From NCBI GenBank assembly GCA_947478465.1, contig CANJWH010000001.1, forward strand, positions 27,447 to 91,446: a DNA stretch of 64,000 nt, written 5' to 3'. Positions within the stretch are counted from its first letter, which is position 1. Every line of letters begins with the position of its first letter. Below are positions 39,381 to 49,458 of the stretch, piece by piece. The position numbers and the translations under genes were made by a program. Source of the DNA: Bacteroidota bacterium (lineage in GTDB: Bacteria > Bacteroidota > Bacteroidia > SXHM01). The notes under the pieces are model-generated. The model worked only from the letters and a program-made list of their open reading frames with translations. It had not been told where the DNA came from and made no database searches.

Positions 39381-40748
39381 TCATTTGCTCATCTCCGCAA
39401 AGTTTTTGAAAAAGTGCGGAATGGTTTCAATGCCTTTAAGGTAATTGAAAACTCCGTAGTGCTCGTTGGGCGAGTGGATAGCATCTGAATCCAAGCCAAA
39501 ACCAAACAACACTGTTTTCAATCCTAATTCTTTTTCAAAGAGCGCAACAATAGGAATGCTGCCACCTGTGCGTTGCGGAATTGGTTTTTTACCAAAGGTT
39601 GTTTCCATGGCTTTTGCTGCTGCCTGATAAGCAATAGAATCGGTAGGTGTAACTGCTGCATCACCACCGTGGTGCGCGGTAACTTTTACTTTCACCGACT
39701 TGGGTGCAATGGAAATAAAATGTTTGGTGAACAACTCGGTAATCTCTGCAGGGGTTTGATTTGGAACCAAACGCATAGAGATTTTTGCAGATGCTTTTGA
39801 AGCAATAACCGTTTTTGCTCCTTCGCCTGTATAACCTCCCCAGATGCCATTTACATCAAGGGTTGGACGAATAGAAACGCGTTCGTTGGTGCTGTAACCT
39901 GCTTCGCCATGTATATCCGAAAGGTCAAGGTGTTTTTTGTATTCTTCAAGACTGAAGGGAGCTTTCGCCATTTCGGCACGCTCTTCGGTGCTTAGTATTT
40001 CAACGTTATCATAAAATCCGGGGATGTTTACTTTATTGTCTTTATCGTGTAATGAGGCAATCATTTCGCACAAGATGTTGATAGGGTTTGCAACCGCACC
40101 ACCATAAATTCCACTGTGCAAATCGCGGTTTGGGCCGGTAACTTCCACTTCCATGTAGCTTAATCCGCGCAGGCCAACGGTGATAGAAGGAATATCATTG
40201 GCAATCATTCCTGTGTCGGAAATAAGCACCACATCGGCTTTCAGGCGTTCTTTGTTGGCTTTTACAAATATGCCCAGGTTGTCGCTGCCCACTTCTTCCT
40301 CGCCTTCAATCATAAATTTTATGTTGCAGGGCAGGCTGTTGGTTTTCATCATCAGCTCAAAGGCTTTAACGTGCATATACATTTGTCCTTTGTCATCGCA
40401 GGCGCCACGGGCATAAATTTTTTCGTCTTTAATAACAGGCTCAAACGGTGGCGAAGTCCACAAATCCAATGGATCGGGAGGCTGCACATCATAGTGGCCA
40501 TAAACCAACACAGTAGGGGAGGAGGGAGAGATTATTTTTTCGCCATACACCACCGGGTAGCCCTTGGTCTGGCAAATTTCTACATTATCTGCACCTGCTT
40601 CAACAAGGCGTTTTTTTACCTCATCGGCAGTTTTGAAAACGCTTTCTTTATAAGCAGGGTCAGCACTGATGGAAGGAATTCTTAACAGGTCTATCAGCTC
40701 GTTGATAAAACGGTCTTTGTTTTCGGTGATGTAGTTTTGGATGGTCAT
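39381..40748 (-). CDS. M20-family dipeptidase (cytosolic non-specific dipeptidase-like)
   Basis: 455 aa. YGHYDVQPPDPLDLW…ARGACDDKGQ metal-binding region typical of M20A dipeptidases. Confidence 0.85.
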   Translation of the reverse strand: MTIQNYITENKDRFINELIDLLRIPSISADPAYKESVFKTADEVKKRLVEAGADNVEICQTKGYPVVYGEKIISPSSPTVLVYGHYDVQPPDPLDLWTSPPFEPVIKDEKIYARGACDDKGQMYMHVKAFELMMKTNSLPCNIKFMIEGEEEVGSDNLGIFVKANKERLKADVVLISDTGMIANDIPSITVGLRGLSYMEVEVTGPNRDLHSGIYGGAVANPINILCEMIASLHDKDNKVNIPGFYDNVEILSTEERAEMAKAPFSLEEYKKHLDLSDIHGEAGYSTNERVSIRPTLDVNGIWGGYTGEGAKTVIASKASAKISMRLVPNQTPAEITELFTKHFISIAPKSVKVKVTAHHGGDAAVTPTDSIAYQAAAKAMETTFGKKPIPQRTGGSIPIVALFEKELGLKTVLFGFGLDSDAIHSPNEHYGVFNYLKGIETIPHFFKNFAEMSK

Positions 40749-40911
40749 GTTTTATGGGTTGTTGAGAGGGCGAAAGTAGGGGAATTTACAACTAAAAACA
40801 GCATTGTGCAGTCTTGTTTTATTCTCAAAACAGATTTATATCATCTAATCCTTAATCTTTTTAGGAAATGCAGCGGATTTTACTACTTTCGCAATCTGTT
40901 TTTTCGCACCC

Positions 40912-41493
40912 ATGGCAAACGTAATTACCAAAAGCTACAAGAAGGATATTTTTTGCATTGAAGGGCATTGGGAAAAAGACATGCGCAAAACCGACAGCAT
41001 TCAGCCAGCGCTGAAATTGCTGAACCTGAACATGGGCGTAAAATTTTATTATCAGCGCAGCGCAACGTTAGAAGAAATTGCACACGTTAGTTTAGAATAC
41101 AGCAAAAAAAAATACAGTAAATACATCATTTACTACTATGCTTTTCATGGTCTGCCCAACAGCATACAGGTAGGCAATAAACACATTAACTTAGAAGAGC
41201 TTGCCGAAAGATTAGAAGGAAAATTAGAAGGAAAAATAATTCACTTCGGATGCTGTCAAACTTTAGGAATCAACAAACGCAGGCTCACTAATTTTTTAAA
41301 TAAAACCGGAGCGCTTGCTATTTCGGGCTACACCAAAGACATAGATTTTCTGCGAAGCACCACACTTGATATTTTGTATTTCCACACCTGCCAGTTCTGG
41401 CAAGACATCCGCAAAATAGAAAGCGAGATGAATAAACTCTATCGCCAGATGTCAAAAGATTTGGGGTTTAGAATTGTTTACCGCACGCAGTAA
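40912..41493 (+). CDS. Hypothetical 193-aa protein with a caspase/CHAT-like His…Cys dyad context
   Basis: YIIYYYAFHG (His ~79) and IIHFGCCQTLG (Cys ~124), about 45 residues apart after hydrophobic strands. No signal peptide. Confidence 0.45.
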   Translation: MANVITKSYKKDIFCIEGHWEKDMRKTDSIQPALKLLNLNMGVKFYYQRSATLEEIAHVSLEYSKKKYSKYIIYYYAFHGLPNSIQVGNKHINLEELAERLEGKLEGKIIHFGCCQTLGINKRRLTNFLNKTGALAISGYTKDIDFLRSTTLDILYFHTCQFWQDIRKIESEMNKLYRQMSKDLGFRIVYRTQ

Positions 41494-41537
41494 TTTTTTG
41501 CGTCACCCTAAACTTGTTTCAGGGTCTTAAAGTAAGA

Positions 41538-41558
41538 TGCTGAAACAAGTTCAGCATG
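41538..41558. terminator. Hairpin between convergent genes
   Basis: atgctgaa-acaag-ttcagcat: 8-bp perfect stem. Confidence 0.4.
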
Positions 41559-41562
41559 ACGA

Positions 41563-42075
41563 TTACTTCTGATAATATTCTGTCAATATTTTTTCCAGTT
41601 CATCGCCCTCAACATCCACCGCAATAATTTTTCCAGTGTGGTCAACCAGATAATTTGATGGAATGGCATGCACGCTGAAAGGCTTTAGTTGTGCAGATTC
41701 CCAGCCCTTCGCATCGGTGATATGATTTTTCCACATTAGGTTTTGTTGTACAATTCTGCGCTTCCAAAGTCCGGTGTCCTGGTCAAGCGAAATGCTCACC
41801 ATTTCAAAATCATGACCTCCAAATTTTTTACCACTATACTTTAAATTCATGTGAACTAATTCGGGGTTATGTTTCAAACAATCAGCACACCACGCAGCCC
41901 AAAAATTTACGAACAGAATTTTTTCTTCTTTGGTAAATTTTGAAAGCATAAGCGTATCACCCGTTGGCGTAAAGCCTGTATAATCAGGAAGCGCAGTTCC
42001 TTCTTCCAGCAAACCTTTTGGATTTCCGCACGAAGAAAAAATTAACACCAGAAAAAAAATAAAATACCTGCTCAC
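41563..42075 (-). CDS. TlpA-like thiol-disulfide oxidoreductase (thioredoxin fold) lipoprotein
   Basis: FVNFWAAWCADC (CxxC active site); lipobox IFSSC. Confidence 0.75.
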   Translation of the reverse strand: MSRYFIFFLVLIFSSCGNPKGLLEEGTALPDYTGFTPTGDTLMLSKFTKEEKILFVNFWAAWCADCLKHNPELVHMNLKYSGKKFGGHDFEMVSISLDQDTGLWKRRIVQQNLMWKNHITDAKGWESAQLKPFSVHAIPSNYLVDHTGKIIAVDVEGDELEKILTEYYQK

Positions 42076-42183
42076 AATAATTTTGAATTAATCACGTTAA
42101 TAGAACAAACCAAAACACACCCTTTGTGACCTTAGTGTCCTTGTGGTAAAAAAGCCCGCGAAGATATACAATAGATAAAATCC

Positions 42184-42191
42184 TAAATTTG
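42184..42191 (+). promoter_or_regulatory. Candidate -7 box TAAATTTG upstream of the PorZ-like gene
   Basis: TAnnTTTG match 7 nt before the ATG at 42198. Confidence 0.3.
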
Positions 42192-42197
42192 CCGCTC

Positions 42198-44531
42198 ATG
42201 CAGTACAACAAACTCCTTATCACATTGTTTTTTGCACTTATCAATTCTCTTGTGTTTGCACAGGGAGTTGGAGTAGGGCAATGGCGCGATCACTTACCCT
42301 ACACCAATGCAAAAACCCTTACCGAGGCTGGCGACCGCATTTACTGCGCATCAGAAGAGGGTTTGTTTTATTACAGCAAATCAGAAACAACAGTTGATAA
42401 GCTGAGCAAAATCACCGGCCTCAGCGACATCGGTTTCAGCACCATTAATTATGACAGTCTTACCAACACGCTTGTAATTGCCTACTCCAACGCCAACATT
42501 GATTTGATACAAGACAATCGCATCATCAATATTCCCGACATCAAACGAAAAATTATTCCGGGAAATAAAATCATCAACAAAATATTTTTCAAAGACAATT
42601 ACGCATATCTGGCCTGTGGTTTTGGAATAGTAGTATTAGATTTAATCAAGAAAGAAATAAAAGACACCTACTACATCGGACCCAATGGTGACAATATAAA
42701 CGTAACAGACATTACCTGCGATGGAAACGAGTTTTATGCATCAACAACAGGAGGAATTTATCATGCAGATGTAAATGCATCAAACCTTGCCAATTACAAT
42801 TTCTGGTCAAAATATAACAACCTGCCATCCACAACAGAAAGCATATTTTACAGCGCTGTTGAATATCATGCAGGAAAAGTTTTTGCCAGTCTTTATAGTC
42901 CGCTTACAAGAGATACTATTTATGTATTTGACGGAAACGCCTGGGCATATTTTGACACCACACTTTTTCAGGAAGTGCGCAGCATTACATCGCGTCACAA
43001 CAAAATGGCAGTTTGTGGTTACGGATTTATGTTAGTGTATAACGAGGATGATGTTGTAGTTCAAAATATCTATCAATATTTTGGTATGGCCAATCAAAAC
43101 GCAAATCCTAATGAAGGCTTTGCAGCACAAAATGGTGATTACTGGATAGCAGATGGCGGGCAGGGTCTGGTAAAAAATTTCAACACATTTGACTACCTGA
43201 ATGTGCATCCAAATGGTCCGCGTTTTGCAACTGCCTTTGACATATCTGTTGAAAACAGCAACCTATGGGTAGCATCGGGCGGGGTTAGTGTTTCCTGGAG
43301 TCCGTTGTTTAAATCAGAAGGCGTTGCTTCATACATCAACAACACCTGGAACACTATTTATCCAAAAGACGATAACGGAAACAATGTGGTTGATATAATC
43401 CGCGTTGCTGTTGATCCCAACAACCCTTCGCATGTTTTTGCGGGCTCGTGGCTTAATGGTGTTGTTGAAATAAATAACAACGCACAAACGGCTATGCACG
43501 ATACAACCGGAAACTCTTCTTTGCTTCCTCTTACGGGCATCGACTGGATAAGAATTGGCGGACTTGATTTTGATCTGGACGGAAATCTATGGATAGGAAA
43601 TTCAAATGTTACCAAGCCAATTTCAGTTTTTAAAACAGACGGCAACTGGCAAAACTTTAATCCCGGAAATGCATTTAACCAAAATCTTGTTGGCGATTTA
43701 ATCATCGACTCATATAACCAGAAATGGCTTATGCTTCCCTATGGAAACGGCTTATTGGTTTTCAACGACAACTACACCATAGGAACAACAACAGATGATA
43801 AGTACAAACGCCTGAACACTTCGCTCAACAATGGTGGTTTACCAAGTAATTATATCTACAGTATTGCAGAAGATTTAGATGGAGAGGTATGGGTAGGAAC
43901 CGATAAAGGAATTGCGGTTTTTTATTCTCCGGGTGAAATTTTTGCCGGTAACGGAAACTTTGATGCACAACAAATTTTAATTGAGCAGGATGGTTATGCG
44001 CAATACCTTTTTGAAACAGAAATTGTAAGTGCTATAGCGGTAGATGGTGGCAACCGCAAATGGATAGGAACACAAAATGCTGGCGTATTTTTAATGTCGC
44101 CAGATGGTACTCAGGAGTTATTACATTTCACAGAAGAAAACAGCCCTTTGTTTGCAAACAACATTCTCAGCATCGCTATTGATGATGTTACAGGCGAAGT
44201 ATTTATTGGCACACAAAAAGGAATTATTTCTTACAAAGGAACAGCAACCGAAGGCGGTGAAATTTTTAACGATGTGTATGCTTATCCAAATCCTGTGCAT
44301 CACGATTATGATGGACCAATTGCAATTAAAGGCCTTGTAAAAGATGCCGATGTAAAAATCACCGACATCAGCGGAAAACTAATGTATGCAACTAAAGCAC
44401 AAGGCGGACAAGCCGTGTGGAACGGAAAAAGTTTTGATGGCGAAAAAGCTGCAACAGGTGTTTATCTGGTGTTTGCTTCTAATGAAGATGGTTCGCAAAC
44501 ACACGTAACAAAAATCCTTATCGTAAACTGA
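42198..44531 (+). CDS. PorZ-like T9SS protein: two beta-propeller regions plus T9SS C-terminal sorting domain
   Basis: Signal peptide. Propeller-like repeats. C-terminal …VYAYPNPVHHDYDGPIAIKGLVKDADVKITDISGKLMYA…GVYLVFASNEDGSQTHVTKILIVN matches the T9SS CTD. The ~780 aa length fits PorZ. Confidence 0.6.
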   Translation: MQYNKLLITLFFALINSLVFAQGVGVGQWRDHLPYTNAKTLTEAGDRIYCASEEGLFYYSKSETTVDKLSKITGLSDIGFSTINYDSLTNTLVIAYSNANIDLIQDNRIINIPDIKRKIIPGNKIINKIFFKDNYAYLACGFGIVVLDLIKKEIKDTYYIGPNGDNINVTDITCDGNEFYASTTGGIYHADVNASNLANYNFWSKYNNLPSTTESIFYSAVEYHAGKVFASLYSPLTRDTIYVFDGNAWAYFDTTLFQEVRSITSRHNKMAVCGYGFMLVYNEDDVVVQNIYQYFGMANQNANPNEGFAAQNGDYWIADGGQGLVKNFNTFDYLNVHPNGPRFATAFDISVENSNLWVASGGVSVSWSPLFKSEGVASYINNTWNTIYPKDDNGNNVVDIIRVAVDPNNPSHVFAGSWLNGVVEINNNAQTAMHDTTGNSSLLPLTGIDWIRIGGLDFDLDGNLWIGNSNVTKPISVFKTDGNWQNFNPGNAFNQNLVGDLIIDSYNQKWLMLPYGNGLLVFNDNYTIGTTTDDKYKRLNTSLNNGGLPSNYIYSIAEDLDGEVWVGTDKGIAVFYSPGEIFAGNGNFDAQQILIEQDGYAQYLFETEIVSAIAVDGGNRKWIGTQNAGVFLMSPDGTQELLHFTEENSPLFANNILSIAIDDVTGEVFIGTQKGIISYKGTATEGGEIFNDVYAYPNPVHHDYDGPIAIKGLVKDADVKITDISGKLMYATKAQGGQAVWNGKSFDGEKAATGVYLVFASNEDGSQTHVTKILIVN

Positions 44532-45244
44532 TGCTGCACACAACACGGGGCATCGTGTTACGAACAATCCGCTACAACGATAAAGCGGTAATCGCCAATA
44601 TTTATACCGAGCTCTTTGGCTTGCAGGGTTACCTCATCCACACCGGAAAAAATAAAAAGAGCGCACTTTTACAGCCGCTTACTTGTTTAGAAATAACAGT
44701 TGAACACAAAACAAATAAAAGCCTCCAGCGCATAAAAGAAGCGCAATGCTCACCACCATTTTCAGATATTCCATATAATACTTCTAAAAGCTCGTTAGCC
44801 ATGTTTATGGCAGAGGTGGTTTACCGCTCAGTAAAAGAGGAAGAAAGTAATCCTGAACTTTTTGAATTTCTACGCTCAAGCATTTTAGTATTAGACGAAG
44901 AACAAAACAATTGCTCCAATTTTCATCTTGCATTTTTGGTACAGTTTTCAGGCTTCCTGGGTTTTTTCCCAGGAAACAATTATTCAGAAATCGAAACCAT
45001 TTTTGATCTGGAAGAAGGAGTTTTTTTCAGCGGAAAACCTGTTCACGCGAATTTTATTGCCGGAGAACCTGCTCGTTTTTTATCCCTTTTAATGAGCAAT
45101 GAAATTAACGAACACACAACGCTTAACATTAACAAAGCGCAACGCAAAGAACTTCTTTCTGCGCTTATGAATTATTACCGCATCCATCTGCAAGGCATGA
45201 GCGAAGTGCGCTCTCACAAAGTGCTGGAAGAGGTAATGGGTTGA
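44531..45244 (+). CDS. recO: DNA repair protein RecO
   Basis: 237 aa. N-terminal OB-fold sequence GIVLRTIRYNDKAVIANIYTELFG. TGATG overlap with the upstream stop. Confidence 0.85.
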   Translation: MLHTTRGIVLRTIRYNDKAVIANIYTELFGLQGYLIHTGKNKKSALLQPLTCLEITVEHKTNKSLQRIKEAQCSPPFSDIPYNTSKSSLAMFMAEVVYRSVKEEESNPELFEFLRSSILVLDEEQNNCSNFHLAFLVQFSGFLGFFPGNNYSEIETIFDLEEGVFFSGKPVHANFIAGEPARFLSLLMSNEINEHTTLNINKAQRKELLSALMNYYRIHLQGMSEVRSHKVLEEVMG

Positions 45245-45261
45245 GCTATCCTATTATTTTC

Positions 45262-45269
45262 TATTTTTG
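45262..45269 (+). promoter_or_regulatory. Candidate -7 box TATTTTTG inside the recO 3' end, upstream of pgi
   Basis: TAnnTTTG match 23 bp before the ATG at 45292. Confidence 0.3.
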
Positions 45270-45291
45270 CTGTCCTTTTGAAAAAAATTAC

Positions 45292-46275
45292 ATGGAACAC
45301 CTGATAGCTAATTTTTCTAAACAACTTGAAGAAGCCATTGAAATTGGCAGAAAAACCAAACTTGATTTTGGTGGAAAAAAATTTGCCAATGTGGTTGTTT
45401 CAGGATTGGGAGGCTCAGGAATTGGAGGAACAATTGTAGCTGAAGTTGTAAGCGAAGAGGCCACTGCGCCAATACTAGTAAACAAAGATTATTTTCTGCC
45501 TGCTTTTGTAAACGAAAACTCTTTGGTAATTATTTCTTCCTATTCAGGAAACACTGAAGAAACTGTTAGCGCAATGAAACAAGCATTAGAGAAAAATGCA
45601 ACTGTTGCTTGTATTTCATCAGGAGGAAAAGTGATTGAGATTGCTAAAGAAAAAAATCTGCAACACATAATTATTCCCGGGGGAATGCCACCACGTTCAT
45701 GCCTTGGATATTCGCTTACGCAATTATTCTTTGTGTTGAATGCTGCCGGAATAATTTCAAATAGTTTTGAAAAAGCGCTGGAAAAATCTGTTGCGCTGCT
45801 TAACAAAGAAGAAGAAAGAATTAAAAAACTCGCACTGAGAGTTGCCAAAAAACTTTACAAAAAAACTCCGGTTATCTACAGCGCAAACGGTTTTGAAGGT
45901 GTTTCAATTCGTTTCCGTCAACAGATAAATGAAAATTCAAAAATGCTGAGCTGGCACAATGTGGTTCCTGAAATGAATCACAATGAGTTGGTGGGTTGGG
46001 TTGACAAAAACAAAAAGTTGGGTGTGGTTATTTTCCGCAACAGCAGCGATTATTCGCGCACACAAAGCCGCATTGAAAACAACAAAGAAGTAATTGCCGG
46101 CTGCACTTCAACCATCATTGAATTGTTTTCAAAAGGTAAATCAAAAATTGAGAATTCTATTTACCTCATTCATCTTGGTGACTGGATTTCGCTTTACATG
46201 GCCCAATTACGCAATGTAGATGCAACGGAAGTAAATGTGATTGACCGCCTGAAAGGAGCTCTTTCAAAAATCTGA
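45292..46275 (+). CDS. Bifunctional phosphoglucose/phosphomannose isomerase (SIS domain)
   Basis: VVVSGLGGSGIGGTIVAEV SIS motif. Start trimmed to MEHLIANF. Confidence 0.8.
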   Translation: MEHLIANFSKQLEEAIEIGRKTKLDFGGKKFANVVVSGLGGSGIGGTIVAEVVSEEATAPILVNKDYFLPAFVNENSLVIISSYSGNTEETVSAMKQALEKNATVACISSGGKVIEIAKEKNLQHIIIPGGMPPRSCLGYSLTQLFFVLNAAGIISNSFEKALEKSVALLNKEEERIKKLALRVAKKLYKKTPVIYSANGFEGVSIRFRQQINENSKMLSWHNVVPEMNHNELVGWVDKNKKLGVVIFRNSSDYSRTQSRIENNKEVIAGCTSTIIELFSKGKSKIENSIYLIHLGDWISLYMAQLRNVDATEVNVIDRLKGALSKI

Positions 46276-47003
46276 TGCAAAACAAAAAAGTTTTCTTCCA
46301 CGATCTTGGCTTGATTGATTACCAGGAGTGCTGGGATATTCAGAAAGCTCTTTTTAACGATACCATTGCACGCAAACTTAAGAACCGTGATCTGCCTCCC
46401 GAAGAACAAGTTCCTACCGTTAATCATTTAATCTTCTGTGAGCATCCTCACGTTTATACGCTCGGCAAAAGCGGTGATGAAACCAACCTGCTATTAAACG
46501 ATGAGGAGTTGGAAGAAAAGCACGCGGAGTTTCATCATGTAAACCGCGGTGGTGATATTACTTACCACGGCCCGGGACAATTAGTGGGTTACCCTATTTT
46601 TGACTTAGACAATTTTACTTCCGACATTCATCTTTTTCTTCGCCTGATTGAAAAAGCTGCCATAAAAACTTTGCACGAGTACGGCATTGACAATGCTGCT
46701 CCTGGTGATGAGGGGCATACCGGTGTATGGCTTGATTATTACAAAAAAGGCAAGGCACGAAAAATTCTTGCTATTGGTGTGCACACCAGCCGATGGGTTA
46801 CCATGCACGGTTTTGCACTTAATGTAAATACCGATTTAAGTTATTTCAACAATATTGTTCCCTGTGCAATACCTGATAAAAGCGTTACATCTTTACAAAA
46901 AGAACTGGGAAGAAAAATAGATATGGAAGAAGCTAAAGAAAGGATGAAGAAAAACCTGGCGGAGGTTTTTAAATTTGAATTTATAGAGCGTATAGTTATT
47001 TAA
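46275..47003 (+). CDS. lipB: Lipoyl(octanoyl) transferase
   Basis: 242 aa. HHVNRGGDITYHGPGQLVGYPI motif. TGATG overlap with the upstream gene. Confidence 0.9.
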   Translation: MQNKKVFFHDLGLIDYQECWDIQKALFNDTIARKLKNRDLPPEEQVPTVNHLIFCEHPHVYTLGKSGDETNLLLNDEELEEKHAEFHHVNRGGDITYHGPGQLVGYPIFDLDNFTSDIHLFLRLIEKAAIKTLHEYGIDNAAPGDEGHTGVWLDYYKKGKARKILAIGVHTSRWVTMHGFALNVNTDLSYFNNIVPCAIPDKSVTSLQKELGRKIDMEEAKERMKKNLAEVFKFEFIERIVI

Positions 47004-47422
47004 ATTTTCTCCACCCTCTTCTGATGTCTTCCGCCTTCAAAAGCAGTTTCTAAAAACACATCCACCGCTTTTAGTGCTTCAGCCTCTTCAATAAATCTTC
47101 CCGGAAGTGTAAGTATATTGGCATCATTATGTTGACGGGCTAATTTTGCTATCTCTGCATTCCAACTTAAAGCAGCTCTGATACCTTTATGTTTATTAGC
47201 AGCCATGTTTATTCCATTGCCGCTTCCACAAATAATAATTCCAAAATCAACTTCTTTATTTTCTACTGCATTGGCTACAGGATGAGCAAAATCAGGGTAA
47301 TCAACACTATCTTCTGTATAGGTTCCAAAGTCTTTTACTTCTATTCCTTTTCCAAAAAGATGTTTTCTTACTACTTCTTTAAGTTTAAATCCTGCGTGGT
47401 CGCTTCCGGTTGCTATTTTCAT
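47000..47422 (-). CDS. rpiB: Ribose-5-phosphate isomerase B
   Basis: 140 aa. MKIATGSDHAGFKLKE…GIIICGSGNG motif. Confidence 0.9.
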   Translation of the reverse strand: MKIATGSDHAGFKLKEVVRKHLFGKGIEVKDFGTYTEDSVDYPDFAHPVANAVENKEVDFGIIICGSGNGINMAANKHKGIRAALSWNAEIAKLARQHNDANILTLPGRFIEEAEALKAVDVFLETAFEGGRHQKRVEKI

Positions 47423-47885
47423 GGTTGTGGTGTGTATATCAGTCAGTTAAATTTTATTCACAAGTTTACTGTTGAAATCCATTTTTGATGTTGAAAACTT
47501 TGTGCTAATTTTTTTGGTTTATTACTTTAAAAATGTGCCTTATAAAACCTTATCAATCTACAATGAATTATTTTTCAAAATAACTCAAATTATTTACACG
47601 AAGTAATTAACCGGTAAAAGTATTTTTTTGTTAACTATTTATCAATACCTATCTTTATCAACAGTATGTTAATTACTTCCTAATTTTCTGATTTTAAAAT
47701 AACTGTATTATTTATTAATGTTAATAGAATGTTTACTATTTATAAATATTTTCATTAACAAGAAAAACTCAAACTATTTATTGACAGTATTAACAAGCTA
47801 ATAATAAATACAATATTCTTTTTTATAAAAGTATTTATTATTAATTGATTTGTGAATTGTGGTTTTGGTGGTGTTTGTGTTTGCC

Positions 47886-47893
47886 TAACTTTG
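47886..47893 (+). promoter_or_regulatory. Candidate -7 box TAACTTTG for the MORN-protein/HK operon
   Basis: TAnnTTTG match 15 nt before the ATG at 47909, at the end of a 480-bp AT-rich region. Confidence 0.35.
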
Positions 47894-47908
47894 TCAAAAA
47901 TTATTGAA

Positions 47909-49453
47909 ATGAGGTTTCTTTTGGTTCTTGGTTCTTGGTTATTAATTCTTACTTCTGCATTTGCCCAGTCTGCAGATGGCGATGGCTACAAAAAATTCTA
48001 TTATCCAGATGGAACCATCCAAAGCGAAGGAACAATTAAAAATGGAAAACCTGACGGATATTGGAAAACTTATTATAAAAATGGAAAACTAAAATCAGAA
48101 GGTAACCGTCTGGATTACAAATTGGATAGCCTATGGAAATTTTATAATGAAGCAGGAAAAACAACCTTAGAAATAAATTATAAAGCAGAGAAAAAACAAG
48201 GTGATAGAAAAACATATGCTGTTTTAGGTTGGTTGGAGAAAAAAGAGTTGTTCAGCAATGATACGCTGCAAGGTAACTCAGAATATTATTTTGAAAATGG
48301 AAAACTATGGAAAACCATTCCATTTGAAAAAGGAAAAACTATTGGTTTTGGTTATGAATATGCTGCAGATGATGGAAGAATAATAACCATTACAGAGTTT
48401 AAAAATGGTTATCAGACTAAGTTGGAAAAAATAAACGAGAAAGATAAATTCAACCAGAAACAAGGTATATGGAAAGAATTTTATCCCGATACATTTTCGG
48501 TTGATAAAGGAAAGCGATTACATATTGAAGGTAAATACCTGAACGACAAGAAAAACGGGTATTTTAAAGAATATGACCCCGAAGGCAACCTAATTACAAC
48601 AACAAAGTATAAAGACGGCATTTTAGAGCCTGAACCGGCAGAATTAGCCAAATTAGATATTAAAAAGGATTTTTATCCTGATGCAACAGAGAAATTCAGA
48701 GGAAGTTATAATAAAGGAGTACCGGAAGGAGTCCATCGTTTTTACAATGAAAAAGGTGAAGTAGATAACTCAAAAATTTTCAGGAGAGGTATATTAGTTG
48801 GAGAAGGAATTTATGATGATCAAGGTATAAAACAGGGATTATGGAAAGAGTATTACGATAGTGGTGAATTAAGGTCAGAAGGAAAATATGAAGCAGGAAC
48901 AAGAGTGGGAGAATGGAAGTTTTATTATAAAAATGGAAAACTTGATCAGAAAGGGAAATATATAAAAGGAAAACCTGAAGGAGATTGGCGTTGGTTTTAT
49001 GAAAATGGAAACCCCTGGAGAGAAGAAATTTATTCTAAAGGAAAAGAAGATGGCCCCGCAACCGAATATAATGATACTGGATTAATAGTAGCAAAAGGTG
49101 AATTTATAGAAGGAGAAAAAGAAGGATTGTGGAATTATCAATATGGTGATTTCAGGGAAGAAGGAAGTTATAAAGATGGACAACAGGATGGTGAGTGGAA
49201 GAGTTGGTATAAAAATGGAGAATTAAGTTTTGAGGGGAAATACATAAACGGTTTAGAAGATGGTAAACATGTTTGGTATTATGATAATGGAAAGGTTAGA
49301 GAAGAAGGAAAATATATTCTCGGAAGCCGCGAAGGAGTGTGGAAAAAGTATGACCCCGAAGGTTTAGAAGCGATTGAAATAACCTACGAGAATAACAAAG
49401 AAATTAAGGTTGACGGTATAAAAGTTAAGCCGTCAGATGAAGAACAGGAATAA
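47909..49453 (+). CDS. Secreted MORN-repeat (YwqK-like) protein
   Basis: Signal peptide. At least 12 repeats of G-x-x-G-x-W-K-x-YY-x-NGKL-x-x-EG. Confidence 0.75.
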   Translation: MRFLLVLGSWLLILTSAFAQSADGDGYKKFYYPDGTIQSEGTIKNGKPDGYWKTYYKNGKLKSEGNRLDYKLDSLWKFYNEAGKTTLEINYKAEKKQGDRKTYAVLGWLEKKELFSNDTLQGNSEYYFENGKLWKTIPFEKGKTIGFGYEYAADDGRIITITEFKNGYQTKLEKINEKDKFNQKQGIWKEFYPDTFSVDKGKRLHIEGKYLNDKKNGYFKEYDPEGNLITTTKYKDGILEPEPAELAKLDIKKDFYPDATEKFRGSYNKGVPEGVHRFYNEKGEVDNSKIFRRGILVGEGIYDDQGIKQGLWKEYYDSGELRSEGKYEAGTRVGEWKFYYKNGKLDQKGKYIKGKPEGDWRWFYENGNPWREEIYSKGKEDGPATEYNDTGLIVAKGEFIEGEKEGLWNYQYGDFREEGSYKDGQQDGEWKSWYKNGELSFEGKYINGLEDGKHVWYYDNGKVREEGKYILGSREGVWKKYDPEGLEAIEITYENNKEIKVDGIKVKPSDEEQE

Positions 49454-49458
49454 TAAAG

